The translations under genes and the position numbers were made by a program. A stretch of DNA of 60,431 nucleotides, counting the filler. It is 7 parts of 7 records of this genome, joined end to end, with 100 filler letters (N's around TTAATTAATTAA, not from the genome) between each part and the next. Parts side by side here need not be neighbours in the genome. Positions count along the whole stretch, not along the records: positions 44,673 to 54,985 come from SRR31147125_29478; positions 55,086 to 60,431 come from SRR31147125_29489; 5 more parts are not named here. One strand, written 5' to 3'. This document shows, in pieces, positions 47,330 through 57,176 of the stretch (position 1 is its first letter; each line of letters begins with the position of its first letter). Under the pieces are notes generated by a model, which saw only the letters and a program-made list of their open reading frames with translations, ran no database searches and was not told where the DNA came from.

Positions 47330-49772
47330 GATATGCCTCCCAATCTTTTGATAAATTCACTTTTTTTAATCTTAGTGAATTATAAATCACATTAAGTGAT
47401 GATAGACTCATTGCTGCTGCACCAATCATCGGATGAAGCAATCCAAACATTGCAAATGGTATCATCACTGCATTATAAAACCATGCCCAAAAATAGTTTT
47501 GTTTAATTTTTTTAAATATTTGATCAGATAGTGTGAGTGCTTTTAATAATGTATCAAGTTTCCCACTTACTAGTGTGACATCAGCTGCTTCAATAGCAAC
47601 ATCAGTACCTGTACCAAGTGCTATACCGACATTGGCTTGTTTAAGTGCTGGCGCATCATTGATGCCGTCACCAACCATCGCAATAAGACCATATTTATCT
47701 TGAAGTGCTTTAATCGCATCTACTTTACCACTCGGTAAAACATCACTAATCACTTCTGTTAAACCAAGTTTTTTAGCAATACTTTGTGCTGTTCTTTCAT
47801 TGTCTCCAGTAATCATCACAGTTTGAATACCTTTTTGATTGAGCATATCAATCACAGCTTTTGATTCTTCTTTTAATGCATCAGCAACAGCAATAACACC
47901 CTGGGTTACTCTATTTTTAGATACAATCATCACTGTATTTGCATCTTTTTCTAAACCTTCAATTTGTTCATTAAACGTTGCATATGCAATATTTTCTGCA
48001 TCAAAGAACTTACGATTACCGATATGAATAAGATCACCATGAAGAGTCCCTAATACACCCATACCTGTGACTGATGTAAAATCTTTAACATCATCTAATT
48101 GAATATGTAATGATTGAGCTTTTGTCACAAATGCATGTGCAAGTGGATGTTCTGACACTTGTTCAACGGATGCAACCATTTTTAATAAGTCTTTTTGATC
48201 ATCTGAAATAATTTTTGTAACAACCGGTCTACCTTCAGTGAGTGTACCCGTTTTATCAAATGCAATGGTTTTTACATCTTTTAATGTTTGTACAGCTTCA
48301 CCTTGACGTATGAGTATCCCTTGATTTGCGCCAAGACCAGATCCTACCATAAGTGCTGTCGGCGTGCCTAGTCCAAGCGCACATGGACATGCAATCACTA
48401 GAACTGCAGTTGCTGTAATGAATGCGAGCATCAATGAATCAAGATCAGTATTAATCCATGGCAGAAATGAAAATGCATTTAATATCGATAAATGAAAATC
48501 CGGAAATACTAAAAAGGATATAAATGTAAGTACAGTAATAACCATAATGGCAGGTACAAAGTAACCTGTTATTTTATCTGCAAATGCTTGAATCGGAACT
48601 TTTGATCCTTGGCATGATTCGATGAGTGAAACGACTTGCGCTAAAAAAGTATCATTTTTTGTTTTAGTAACTTCGACTTTGATCGCACCCTCTTTATTGA
48701 TGGTCGCACCAATGACTTGATCCCCACGACGACGTGTCACAGGCATAGATTCACCTGTTGCAAGTGATTCATCAACTAAAGTTGAACCTTCGATAATTAT
48801 CCCATCTGATGGTATTTTCTCACCAGGTTTAATCACCATGATATCACCAATAGATAGCTCAGATGTTAATACTTCAAAAGTTTGTCCATCTATGATCACA
48901 TTTGCGGTTTTAGACCCTAAATCAACTAGTTTTTTAATCGCCTCAGATGCTTTACCTTTTGCTCTAGATTCTAAATATTTACCCAGTAAATGAAATGTCA
49001 TAATGGTTGTTGCCATTTCAATAAACGTTTGAATAGGTAAAAATAAGCCTAATAACCCTATAAGATATGGTGGTAATGAACCAAGTGATACTAAAACATC
49101 CATATTGGGATGACCACTTTTTAGTGATTTAAAGCTTCCTTTGTGCACAGGATAACCTAGAATGAAAACTACTGGAAATCCAAGTAGTGCAACAATCAAC
49201 GTGTAAAGTGGGATTGATATGACAAACATATGTATAATCATTAATGTCATCATCACAATAGATATGCTAAGTGAAATTTTGACTTTGTCATTTGCGATTT
49301 TCATTTTCACTATATCTGGATCAATGGTTTCATCTATCTCTTGTTCCAAATAAGCATCATAGCCTGCATCATAAACAGCTTTTTTAATATCTGATAATTT
49401 AAGTTTTTGATGATTAAATGATACATGCATTTTATCCGTAGCAATATTTACTGATAAATTTTCGATGCCTGCTAATTTCTTAACTGCTCTTTCGACATTT
49501 TGTGCACAAGATGCGCATGTCATGCCTTCAATTCTAAAAGTTAAATCTTCAATTTCATCAATGACTTGACTTGCATCATAACCCACATCAACAATTGATT
49601 GGATTAAAGATTTTTCATCAACCATTTGTTCATCATAAGTAATCATTGCTTGATCTTGTGCAAGATTAATGGATGCTTCTATAACACCCTCTAATCGATT
49701 TAGAGTTTTATCTATTGTATTTGCACAAGATGCACAAGTCATACCAATGATGTTAAGTTTTATTTTTTTCAT
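47319..49772 (-). CDS. copA: Copper-translocating P1B ATPase
   Basis: Two GMTCASC, TGES, CPC, DKTGT, EHP, GDGINDAP. Confidence 0.95.
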   Translation of the reverse strand: MKKIKLNIIGMTCASCANTIDKTLNRLEGVIEASINLAQDQAMITYDEQMVDEKSLIQSIVDVGYDASQVIDEIEDLTFRIEGMTCASCAQNVERAVKKLAGIENLSVNIATDKMHVSFNHQKLKLSDIKKAVYDAGYDAYLEQEIDETIDPDIVKMKIANDKVKISLSISIVMMTLMIIHMFVISIPLYTLIVALLGFPVVFILGYPVHKGSFKSLKSGHPNMDVLVSLGSLPPYLIGLLGLFLPIQTFIEMATTIMTFHLLGKYLESRAKGKASEAIKKLVDLGSKTANVIIDGQTFEVLTSELSIGDIMVIKPGEKIPSDGIIIEGSTLVDESLATGESMPVTRRRGDQVIGATINKEGAIKVEVTKTKNDTFLAQVVSLIESCQGSKVPIQAFADKITGYFVPAIMVITVLTFISFLVFPDFHLSILNAFSFLPWINTDLDSLMLAFITATAVLVIACPCALGLGTPTALMVGSGLGANQGILIRQGEAVQTLKDVKTIAFDKTGTLTEGRPVVTKIISDDQKDLLKMVASVEQVSEHPLAHAFVTKAQSLHIQLDDVKDFTSVTGMGVLGTLHGDLIHIGNRKFFDAENIAYATFNEQIEGLEKDANTVMIVSKNRVTQGVIAVADALKEESKAVIDMLNQKGIQTVMITGDNERTAQSIAKKLGLTEVISDVLPSGKVDAIKALQDKYGLIAMVGDGINDAPALKQANVGIALGTGTDVAIEAADVTLVSGKLDTLLKALTLSDQIFKKIKQNYFWAWFYNAVMIPFAMFGLLHPMIGAAAMSLSSLNVIYNSLRLKKVNLSKDWEAYHGA

Positions 49773-49981
49773 GCGACTGAAGCTTTAAAATCTAGACGAT
49801 TAATGATAGTTATCATTTCATCAATAGATAATAACGTTTCATCAAATGATACCATCGCTTTTTCTTTATCTAAATCTACAATTGCTTTTTTAACAGCTTC
49901 TTGACGATTTAATACACGTTCTACACTGTTTTTACAGCCATTGCATGTCATACCTTTAATATTTAATTCTATAGTTTTCAT
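49769..49981 (-). CDS. copZ: Copper chaperone
   Basis: GMTCNGC, 70 aa. Confidence 0.9.
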   Translation of the reverse strand: MKTIELNIKGMTCNGCKNSVERVLNRQEAVKKAIVDLDKEKAMVSFDETLLSIDEMITIINRLDFKASVA

Positions 49982-50006
49982 ATGAAGACCTCTTTCTGAT
50001 GTTTAT

Positions 50007-50027
50007 TACCCCCTGCATAGGGGGGTA
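50007..50027. promoter_or_regulatory. CsoR-type operator
   Basis: TACCCCC-TGCATAG-GGGGGTA C/G-tract palindrome just downstream of a minus-strand TATAAT (50033-50038). Confidence 0.8.
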
Positions 50028-50098
50028 TTTTTATTATAACGCACGATTAAACATAATACAACAAAAAAAGGACATATGTAGCCACATCGTCCTTTGTG

Positions 50099-51634
50099 TT
50101 ACTCATATAGTGATATTTCATAGTCACAAATATCTTGATAAAAATCCGTTTCATGAGAGACTAATATTATCGTACCTGGATATGCGATCAGTGCATCTTT
50201 TAATGCATCTTTAGCTGCTTGATCCAAGTGATTAGTAGGTTCATCTAAAATAAGCACATTACTTTTCTCATGTCTTAAAATAGCAAGTCTTACTTTTGTT
50301 TGCTCTCCACCTGATAAACTTTTCATTTCACGATTAGCCATATCATAATTAATCCCATGTGCACCGAGTAAACTCATCACTTCTTTTTTTGTAAAATGTG
50401 GATATATGCCATGGATAACTTCAAATGCTGTAATACTAGAGAGATATAATTCATCTTGTTCAAAATATGAAATTTTAGCAGTATCAATCCATTCAAAAGT
50501 TCCACCTAGTGTTGGTATGCGTTCTAAAATAGATTTTAAAAATGTTGATTTACCAACACCGTTTCTACCAGTGATTGCGACTTTTTCTTCTTTTCTAATG
50601 GTTAAAGAAAGTGGTTCTAAAAGAGATTCATCATAACCAATTTCTAGATCTTTAGTCACAAGCACTTTTTTACCCGTCGGCGTGGAAAAAGGAAACTTGA
50701 AATGATATGTTTTAGATTTATGAGGCTCTACAATACGATCAATTTTAGCAAGCATTTTTCTTCTTGATTGTGCACGTTTAGTCGTTGTCGCACGTGTAAT
50801 ATTTTTTTGAATGAATTTTTCTGTTTTTTTAATAAAGTTTTGTTGGTTAATAAATGCTTTTTCCTGTATGGATAATCGTTGTTCTCTTTCTTTTAAATAA
50901 TAATCAAAATCACCTTTATATCTTGATATTTTACCAGTTTCTACTGCAAACACTGTTTGAGCGATATCTTTTAATAAACCTTCATGATGTGATACAACAA
51001 TAAATGCTTTTTCATAACTATTTAAAAATTTCGTTAACCATTCAATATGCTTAACATCTAAAAAGTTTGTTGGTTCATCAAGTAGTAATACATCACTTTC
51101 CTCTAACAAAAGCTTCCCTAGTATGATTTTGGCACGCATGCCTCCCGATAAAGTATCAATGCTTTGATCAAGTATATCCATCGTAAGACCTAAACCATGA
51201 ATAATATTACCCACAAGTGACTTTATGGCATAAAAGTCTGAATCCATCAATTGATCTTGTAAATCTGATGCCCAAGAAAGTAAGCGATCATAATTGTCAG
51301 GTTCTAATGCAATGCGTTCATAGTATTGATTCATTGCCTCTTCTTTTTCAAATAAAGGTAAAAATACATCATACAAATATGACTTAACTTTTAACTTAGG
51401 ATCAAGTTTTGCATATTGATCAAGATAGCCTACTTTAATGTGTGGTACCCATTCAATCGATCCTTTATCTGGTTTTAAACTTTTATCAAGCAATTTTAGC
51501 AATGTTGATTTACCTGCACCATTTGGACCAACCAGTACGGCATGTTCACCTGCAAAGAGTCGCATGGATGCGTCTAAATATAATTTTTTATCACCATAAC
51601 TAAATGTTAAATCTTTAACTTCTAATAAACTCAT
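50099..51634 (-). CDS. ABC-F family ATPase
   Basis: Two nucleotide-binding domains (GPNGAGKS, GRNGVGKS, LSGG, DEPTN), no TM. Confidence 0.93.
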   Translation of the reverse strand: MSLLEVKDLTFSYGDKKLYLDASMRLFAGEHAVLVGPNGAGKSTLLKLLDKSLKPDKGSIEWVPHIKVGYLDQYAKLDPKLKVKSYLYDVFLPLFEKEEAMNQYYERIALEPDNYDRLLSWASDLQDQLMDSDFYAIKSLVGNIIHGLGLTMDILDQSIDTLSGGMRAKIILGKLLLEESDVLLLDEPTNFLDVKHIEWLTKFLNSYEKAFIVVSHHEGLLKDIAQTVFAVETGKISRYKGDFDYYLKEREQRLSIQEKAFINQQNFIKKTEKFIQKNITRATTTKRAQSRRKMLAKIDRIVEPHKSKTYHFKFPFSTPTGKKVLVTKDLEIGYDESLLEPLSLTIRKEEKVAITGRNGVGKSTFLKSILERIPTLGGTFEWIDTAKISYFEQDELYLSSITAFEVIHGIYPHFTKKEVMSLLGAHGINYDMANREMKSLSGGEQTKVRLAILRHEKSNVLILDEPTNHLDQAAKDALKDALIAYPGTIILVSHETDFYQDICDYEISLYE

Positions 51635-52143
51635 TTTGGTAAGTCGAATGATTGAGGCATGTTTGTATCATCCTCATATATCCATTCATCTCCTAAATCT
51701 TCTTGTGTGTCTAATATGGATGCAATATCTTTTTCAAAGAATTTAGCGGTTGCAGTTGCAAGTATTTCTTGGTTTTTATTACAAATATAACCCTGTCCAT
51801 AATGGATATGTCTTCTTACACTATCAATCCATCCAACGCAATATAATGTTTCATTAAGTGGCATAGGTTTTTTAAATTTTGTGGTAAGTTCTGCTGTGAC
51901 ACTCCAGCAATTAGGATCATCAATTTGCATCGCTCTACCAATTGTTTCATCTAATAAAGCTGAGACGATACCCCCGTGCATACGTCCTGGAAAAGATTGA
52001 TGTAATGTGTCGCCTTCAAATACACCAATAACTTTATGGTTTTCTAATTCATAATATTTTGTATGAAGTCCCTTTTCATTGTGGATACCGCATATAAAAC
52101 ATTTTGATGATACATTTTGTTGTTTCGTTACTTTAAATTCCAT
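51631..52143 (-). CDS. PaaI-family hotdog thioesterase
   Basis: CFICG, HGGIVSALLDE. Confidence 0.85.
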   Translation of the reverse strand: MEFKVTKQQNVSSKCFICGIHNEKGLHTKYYELENHKVIGVFEGDTLHQSFPGRMHGGIVSALLDETIGRAMQIDDPNCWSVTAELTTKFKKPMPLNETLYCVGWIDSVRRHIHYGQGYICNKNQEILATATAKFFEKDIASILDTQEDLGDEWIYEDDTNMPQSFDLPK

Positions 52144-52591
52144 CCGTATCCCTCTTTTGCTTTAAAAAGTCTTCTAACTCATGGGCTCTAATCACATACA
52201 TGTTTAAAAAAAATGAATGTTTAATAAATACCATTTCGTTTTCATTAATATATCGCTTTATTGGTGTAACATCAGGATATATCACGACTATTTTTTTCTC
52301 TGTTCCGGACAGATATTGATCCATATAGATTAATTTTTGCCCACGAGATCCATTGATTTCCCATATTTTCGGACTATTAATTGTTAATTCTCCACGATGT
52401 GGTACTTTAAATAAAATAACTTTATATGTCTCTTGTTGAATCGATAGCATCATCTTTTCAGCATCGAAATCTCCATATAACGCCATCATATCAATGAGTG
52501 CTTTTTGTTGAGTTTGATCCATTTGTTTTAATTTTAAATAGATAACAATGATAATGATAACAATTCCTATACCTATCCCAATATATGGCAT
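52133..52591 (-). CDS. Hypothetical protein with N-terminal membrane anchor
   Basis: Operon-embedded ORF, N-terminal TM. Confidence 0.7.
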   Translation of the reverse strand: MPYIGIGIGIVIIIIVIYLKLKQMDQTQQKALIDMMALYGDFDAEKMMLSIQQETYKVILFKVPHRGELTINSPKIWEINGSRGQKLIYMDQYLSGTEKKIVVIYPDVTPIKRYINENEMVFIKHSFFLNMYVIRAHELEDFLKQKRDTDGI

Positions 52592-52593
52592 GA

Positions 52594-53070
52594 TTATTTC
52601 TCCTCAATGATCTTAACTTCAATCAGTCGATCTCCTTCAAATTTACAGTAGTATTCATGGATTTTAGTTGAATGCATCGCATGATTTAAAAAATAAGGTA
52701 TATTATGTGCAATACCTGTGTTATTTTTATCATTTATCCAATCAAGTGTTTTCCAGTCAAGTATACCTTCATCGGTTGCTATTGGTGTTTCTAATTGACA
52801 ATCACCTACATCAGCAATAAATAAATATAAACCTGTACCTTGCGCATCAAATGCATCCCAAGTCACTGTACCACAATATTTAAGTTGTTTATGCGTGAGA
52901 CTTATATCAGTTTCTTCTTTAATTTCACGTATCATTGAATCAAAAATTTGTTCATCTTTATCAATTTTACCCCCAACACCATTCCATGAACCAAGCCATG
53001 GTGCTTTATGACGATTGATCAGTAAAATTTCATTTCCTCTTTTGAGGAAAGCAAGTGTGTATTTATGCAT
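52594..53070 (-). CDS. NUDIX hydrolase (MutT-like)
   Basis: GGKIDKDEQIFDSMIREIKEETD. Confidence 0.85.
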   Translation of the reverse strand: MHKYTLAFLKRGNEILLINRHKAPWLGSWNGVGGKIDKDEQIFDSMIREIKEETDISLTHKQLKYCGTVTWDAFDAQGTGLYLFIADVGDCQLETPIATDEGILDWKTLDWINDKNNTGIAHNIPYFLNHAMHSTKIHEYYCKFEGDRLIEVKIIEEK

Positions 53071-53151
53071 TGTTATCCCAGACTTTCTTTATTTTCTACT
53101 GTTATTATAACACAAGCAGAAAATGAATTTTATACAACAGAAACAAAAACA

Positions 53152-53180
53152 TTGATTTTATGATTTATCTATTATATAAT
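53152..53180 (+). promoter_or_regulatory. Sigma-70 promoter
   Basis: TTGATT-N17-TATAAT. Confidence 0.6.
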
Positions 53181-53213
53181 GTATAGTAGTATACAAAATA
53201 TAGGAGGTATACC

Positions 53214-53917
53214 ATGCTATTTACAATACCTGTATTTATCTCAGTCATCGCTTTTTCAATTTTTAGTTATATGTATTTTACATATAAGCAACATCGTCTC
53301 ATCGTGACAATTTTATTATTGCTGCTATTCTTCATAAAACTCACTGAATATACAGTCTATGGTTTAACCCTAAACATTCAAAAAATTCCGATAGAGTTTT
53401 CGACGATGTCATACTTTATTTTTCCATATCAATTATTTTTCGCATTAAATGGTTAAAACCATTTGCTACTTTTGCAGCATTTATTTCAGGCATTGGTTAT
53501 TTATTAAGTTTCATCTTTTTAGGAGAATCTTACTTTACTGAACTACCTCTATATGAAGCAACTGCCGCATTTCTTAATCATGCAATATTATTTTATACAA
53601 GCATTCTTGTCATGAAATATAACTATTTTAGTACAAAGCATAATCTATTTATTTACTCTATGACATTGATGTTCTTGCTATATTTTATTATTATACATAA
53701 TTTCGTCACATTTAATAATCCTTATATCTTTATTAATATGCTTCTACAAGGTGATATCTTAAAAGAAATCACACATAGTAATCACATACCAACTACTGTC
53801 TTTCTTATTTACTTTGGCGCAATCATCATTTTATATCGATGCACCATCTCAATATTCCATTTGATCAATAAACAAATCTATAGACTGGAAAAATCAACAT
53901 ATGAACACACAATATAA
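53214..53917 (+). pseudogene. Integral membrane protein split by a 1-nt frameshift near 53425
   Basis: Adding one base gives FIFPISIIFRIKWLKPFATFAAFISG... in frame with 53612-53917. Confidence 0.7.
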
Positions 53918-54209
53918 AAAAGGCGTTTTAGAACTATTGGTATTAAATTATTTAAATAAGAAAGACTATTATGGTTATGATATCTCTGACACTCTATCAA
54001 AAAACATGCATATTTCTGCAGGCACTGTATATCCTATTTTAAGAAAACTTAGAAACGAAGGTTACTTAAAAACATATTTATCTGAAGCATCATCTGGTCC
54101 TGTTAGAAAATATTATACGATAACAAAAGTCGGTCAACAAAAACTAGTCGTATTAAAAAAAGAATGGACTGAGTTTATTCAAATAACTCAATCTTTATTG
54201 GAGGATTAA
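53901..54209 (+). CDS. PadR-family regulator
   Basis: KKGVLE, YGY, GTVYPILRKL, RKYYTIT. Confidence 0.92.
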   Translation: MNTQYKKGVLELLVLNYLNKKDYYGYDISDTLSKNMHISAGTVYPILRKLRNEGYLKTYLSEASSGPVRKYYTITKVGQQKLVVLKKEWTEFIQITQSLLED

Positions 54210-54210
54210 C

Positions 54211-54858
54211 ATGACAAAAAAAGAATTTATTGATACTTTAAATATTGAATTACAAAAAAGAAAAGTAAAAGATATTAAAGAGATTCTAAATGATTATGCA
54301 ACGCATATCGATGATGCGATAACATCCGGTATCTCAGAATATCAATCAGTCGTTTCGCTTGGAAATATAGAAAGTATAGCAAATGACTATGGCACATATC
54401 AAAAATTACATAAAAATAAACGCATGTACAATATCATTACATCTTCTTATGCACTACCTGTTTTAATACTCATCTATGCAACATCAATCTTATTTATGGT
54501 TTCAACATTTGTTTCCTGGTCACTTGGTATTTATTACATATTTCAATTAAACACTTTTTCATTTTTACCAACTATTATTTCAGGCATGCATATTGTATAC
54601 GGATTATTATTTATTTCATTTAGTTTGTTCTTGTTTTCTGTGAGCATAAAATTCTTCTCATTTGCAAAAAGCATGTTCAAACAGTTTTATGTCAAAAAAG
54701 ACTTACGCATTGGGCAATATAAAACCAAAAATATTTATACAAAATTGATGTATATAAGTTTGTTAACAACATCGGTCATACTTATTTTGACTTTCATTGT
54801 TTCAGTCATCATCACAGGACAGTGGGAATTTTGGCATTATTGGCGCTGGTTTGATTAA
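54211..54858 (+). CDS. DUF1700-like membrane protein
   Basis: MTKKEFI...EILNDY...LG N-terminus plus TMs; downstream of PadR. Confidence 0.75.
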   Translation: MTKKEFIDTLNIELQKRKVKDIKEILNDYATHIDDAITSGISEYQSVVSLGNIESIANDYGTYQKLHKNKRMYNIITSSYALPVLILIYATSILFMVSTFVSWSLGIYYIFQLNTFSFLPTIISGMHIVYGLLFISFSLFLFSVSIKFFSFAKSMFKQFYVKKDLRIGQYKTKNIYTKLMYISLLTTSVILILTFIVSVIITGQWEFWHYWRWFD

Positions 54859-54867
54859 AAATATATC

Positions 54868-54895
54868 TTGAAATTATATAAATATATGCTATAAT
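54868..54895 (+). promoter_or_regulatory. Sigma-70 promoter of the tRNA gene
   Basis: TTGAAA-N16-TATAAT with extended TG. Confidence 0.65.
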
Positions 54896-54909
54896 GAAAA
54901 AGCATATAA

Positions 54910-54985
54910 GCCTCCTTAGCTCAGCTGGCAGAGCAACTGACTCTTAATCAGTGGGTCAACGGTTCGATCCCGTTAGGGGGTACCA
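54910..54985 (+). tRNA. tRNA-Lys(CTT)
   Basis: 76-nt cloverleaf; anticodon arm ACTGA-CTCTTAA-TCAGT; GGTTCGATCC; encoded CCA. Confidence 0.95.
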
Positions 54986-55085
54986 NNNNNNNNNNNNNNN
55001 NNNNNNNNNNNNNNNNNNNNNNNNNNNNNTTAATTAATTAANNNNNNNNNNNNNNNNNNNNNNNNNNNNNNNNNNNNNNNNNNNN
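54986..55085. other. Artificial contig linker
   Basis: N44-TTAATTAATTAA-N44. Confidence 0.98.
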
Positions 55086-55115
55086 GATCCTCGGATCAAG
55101 TCCGAGGATGACAAA
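55086..55115. repeat. REP-like palindrome, copy 1
   Basis: GATCCTCGGA-TCAAG-TCCGAGGATGACAAA. Confidence 0.8.
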
Positions 55116-55191
55116 TATGGGAACTCTGGAGCTTCACCTCCATAAAAAACGCTCGGAACAAGCCTGAAGGGTTCGCAATGACATAACTGAG

Positions 55192-56130
55192 CTATTTTAT
55201 ATCTACTTCATACTCTTTAGACAAAACTATGGGTTGTGGGAAGGAGTATTCATAGATCTTCATCTTGCCTGGATTCTTTTTCGCTAGCTCTCTGAGTTCA
55301 ATTATCTTTTTTCTATCACCAATATCTTTGACAGTAAGAGGAAGTTTGCCAAGCATACTACTCTTGGCCAAAGCCGTTCCATAGTGACCTTTTTTTGCGT
55401 CAAAGGTGTACAACTCTATCCGGCTAAAATCAGCATCAACAGGTGTCCCCTGGGACCTATAAGCAACTATGTATTCTTTAGCTATTGCATTACCGTCTTC
55501 GTCCTTCTTTTCTCTGAGCTCTTGCCAAGCAACTGTTTTTCTAATTGATGTATACTGTCGAATCTCTCTTGGAGGGGTTAATCTAATGTTTCTTTCAAAG
55601 GCATATCCAACACGTCCATCTTTCATACGAATTTTATTCCACGCATCTTTTCTCTTTTTTCCCTTTCTTTCATACTCGGTAACATATCGCCCAAAGACCT
55701 CAATATCCATCGGCTTTCTCTTCTTCTCAATCAATTTAGCCGTTCTTTCTGGTGCCATGCGTACTGGCGATTTCTTGCTCAAAACACCTATAGCCTGAAC
55801 AGGAGCCGTTTCTATACTACCCTTCAACTCTTTCAATTTTCCCATGGTCTCCTTATCACAGAGCTGAGCCTTTTCCACATAAGCATAGCCATCACCGTAC
55901 TTGATCTCTAGCCACTCTTCAGGAACAAGTGCACCCAAATTCGATTCGTGTCCAAGAACCTCATCACCAAACTTTAGTTCCCCAACTACATCAGACATTA
56001 TATTAGCCGACTTATGAACATTGAGTTTTGATAAGATCACATAATAGGAATCAAAGCCTTCATTGCTCGGACTACAAGAAATGGTTAATACAAAGACCAC
56101 CAACAGAATTGGCAAAATCAATTTCTTCAT
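55192..56130 (-). CDS. Lipoprotein with probable bacterial SH3-like domains
   Basis: ATG at 56130 after GGAGG; lipobox TISC; WLEIKY..GYAYV and WNKIRMKDGRVGYA. Confidence 0.7.
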   Translation of the reverse strand: MKKLILPILLVVFVLTISCSPSNEGFDSYYVILSKLNVHKSANIMSDVVGELKFGDEVLGHESNLGALVPEEWLEIKYGDGYAYVEKAQLCDKETMGKLKELKGSIETAPVQAIGVLSKKSPVRMAPERTAKLIEKKRKPMDIEVFGRYVTEYERKGKKRKDAWNKIRMKDGRVGYAFERNIRLTPPREIRQYTSIRKTVAWQELREKKDEDGNAIAKEYIVAYRSQGTPVDADFSRIELYTFDAKKGHYGTALAKSSMLGKLPLTVKDIGDRKKIIELRELAKKNPGKMKIYEYSFPQPIVLSKEYEVDIK

Positions 56131-56230
56131 TTTTCCTCCCCCGTTACAGAATGGGCAATCTAACTTATGTAACAATAAAACTAAAGATATTTCTCCCCCA
56201 CTTCCAGTAAAACCAGATATAACAACAAAA

Positions 56231-56256
56231 AAGGGCTCTGCTTTCACAGAGCCCTT
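56231..56256 (-). terminator. Rho-independent terminator
   Basis: AAGGGCTCTG...CAGAGCCCTT with T-run on the minus strand. Confidence 0.75.
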
Positions 56257-56279
56257 CCTAAAAAACCTAAATTTCAAAT

Positions 56280-56831
56280 TTAATCATCTGATTTTTCTTT
56301 ATCTTCCTTCTCCTCTACATCTTCTTCCAAATCTTCCATTGCCTTTTCAAGTCCTTTCAGAGAACCTTCCATTCCTTTCAAGGCTTTTTCCATTCCCTTC
56401 ATTCCGCCCTTCATTGCTTCATTCATCTGCTGCCCCATCTGTTGCATCATCTCACCCATTGCTCCACCGAGCATTGAAAGCATTGTGTTAGGAACATCGA
56501 CTTTCCACTTACCATCTTGCTTCAACAAAATAGTTTTTAATTCGACCTTCATATCTTTATTTTTGAGCTTGGTTGGAATTGTAGCTTTTTCACCTTCAAC
56601 CTTTGCATCGCCCAATTCGACTTTTCCAAAATCGTCCTTCTTCTTGAACTCTTCAGTCATATATTCATTGCTCGAATTAGTAATATATTTTGCTATTTCT
56701 TTCTGATCGCCATCTTCCATAGCCTTCCAGAAACATTTTGCAACGCCCTTTGGACTTGACTTTCCTGTACATGCTCCAAAAGATACAGCTACAAATAGAG
56801 CTAAAACTACTAATAATAGACTTCTTTTCAT
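56280..56831 (-). CDS. DUF4878/NTF2-like lipoprotein with M/K/E-rich helical tail
   Basis: Lipobox FGAC; SPKGVAKCFWKA, LLKQDGKWKV. Confidence 0.7.
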   Translation of the reverse strand: MKRSLLLVVLALFVAVSFGACTGKSSPKGVAKCFWKAMEDGDQKEIAKYITNSSNEYMTEEFKKKDDFGKVELGDAKVEGEKATIPTKLKNKDMKVELKTILLKQDGKWKVDVPNTMLSMLGGAMGEMMQQMGQQMNEAMKGGMKGMEKALKGMEGSLKGLEKAMEDLEEDVEEKEDKEKSDD

Positions 56832-57118
56832 CACTTCCCCCTTTATTCTCGGTTTAAGAAATTTGTGTCTATTTACCACAACTTACACGATTTTCAATAC
56901 TTTGTTTTTTATTGGGTGTTTTTTTACTTTTTTCAGTATCAATACACCTATTCCCATAACAAACTAATATCATTTCACTTTCTCAAAATACATGGAAAAT
57001 ATGAATAATATCAGCTAATTTCCAGTCTAGATCAACCACATCTGCCTAATAACTGGCACTTTACCCGACATAATACTTAATAATATTAAGGGGTTACGTG
57101 TCCGACTTATAAAACAGC

Positions 57119-57134
57119 TGGTATAAGTAATGCA
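57119..57134 (+). promoter_or_regulatory. Candidate sigma-54 promoter
   Basis: TGGTAT-AAGTA-ATGCA; GG-N10-GC spacing. Confidence 0.45.
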
Positions 57135-57176
57135 TAGCTTAGCTCCAACAAAGCACTCTAATCAAGGAGGGATCCT

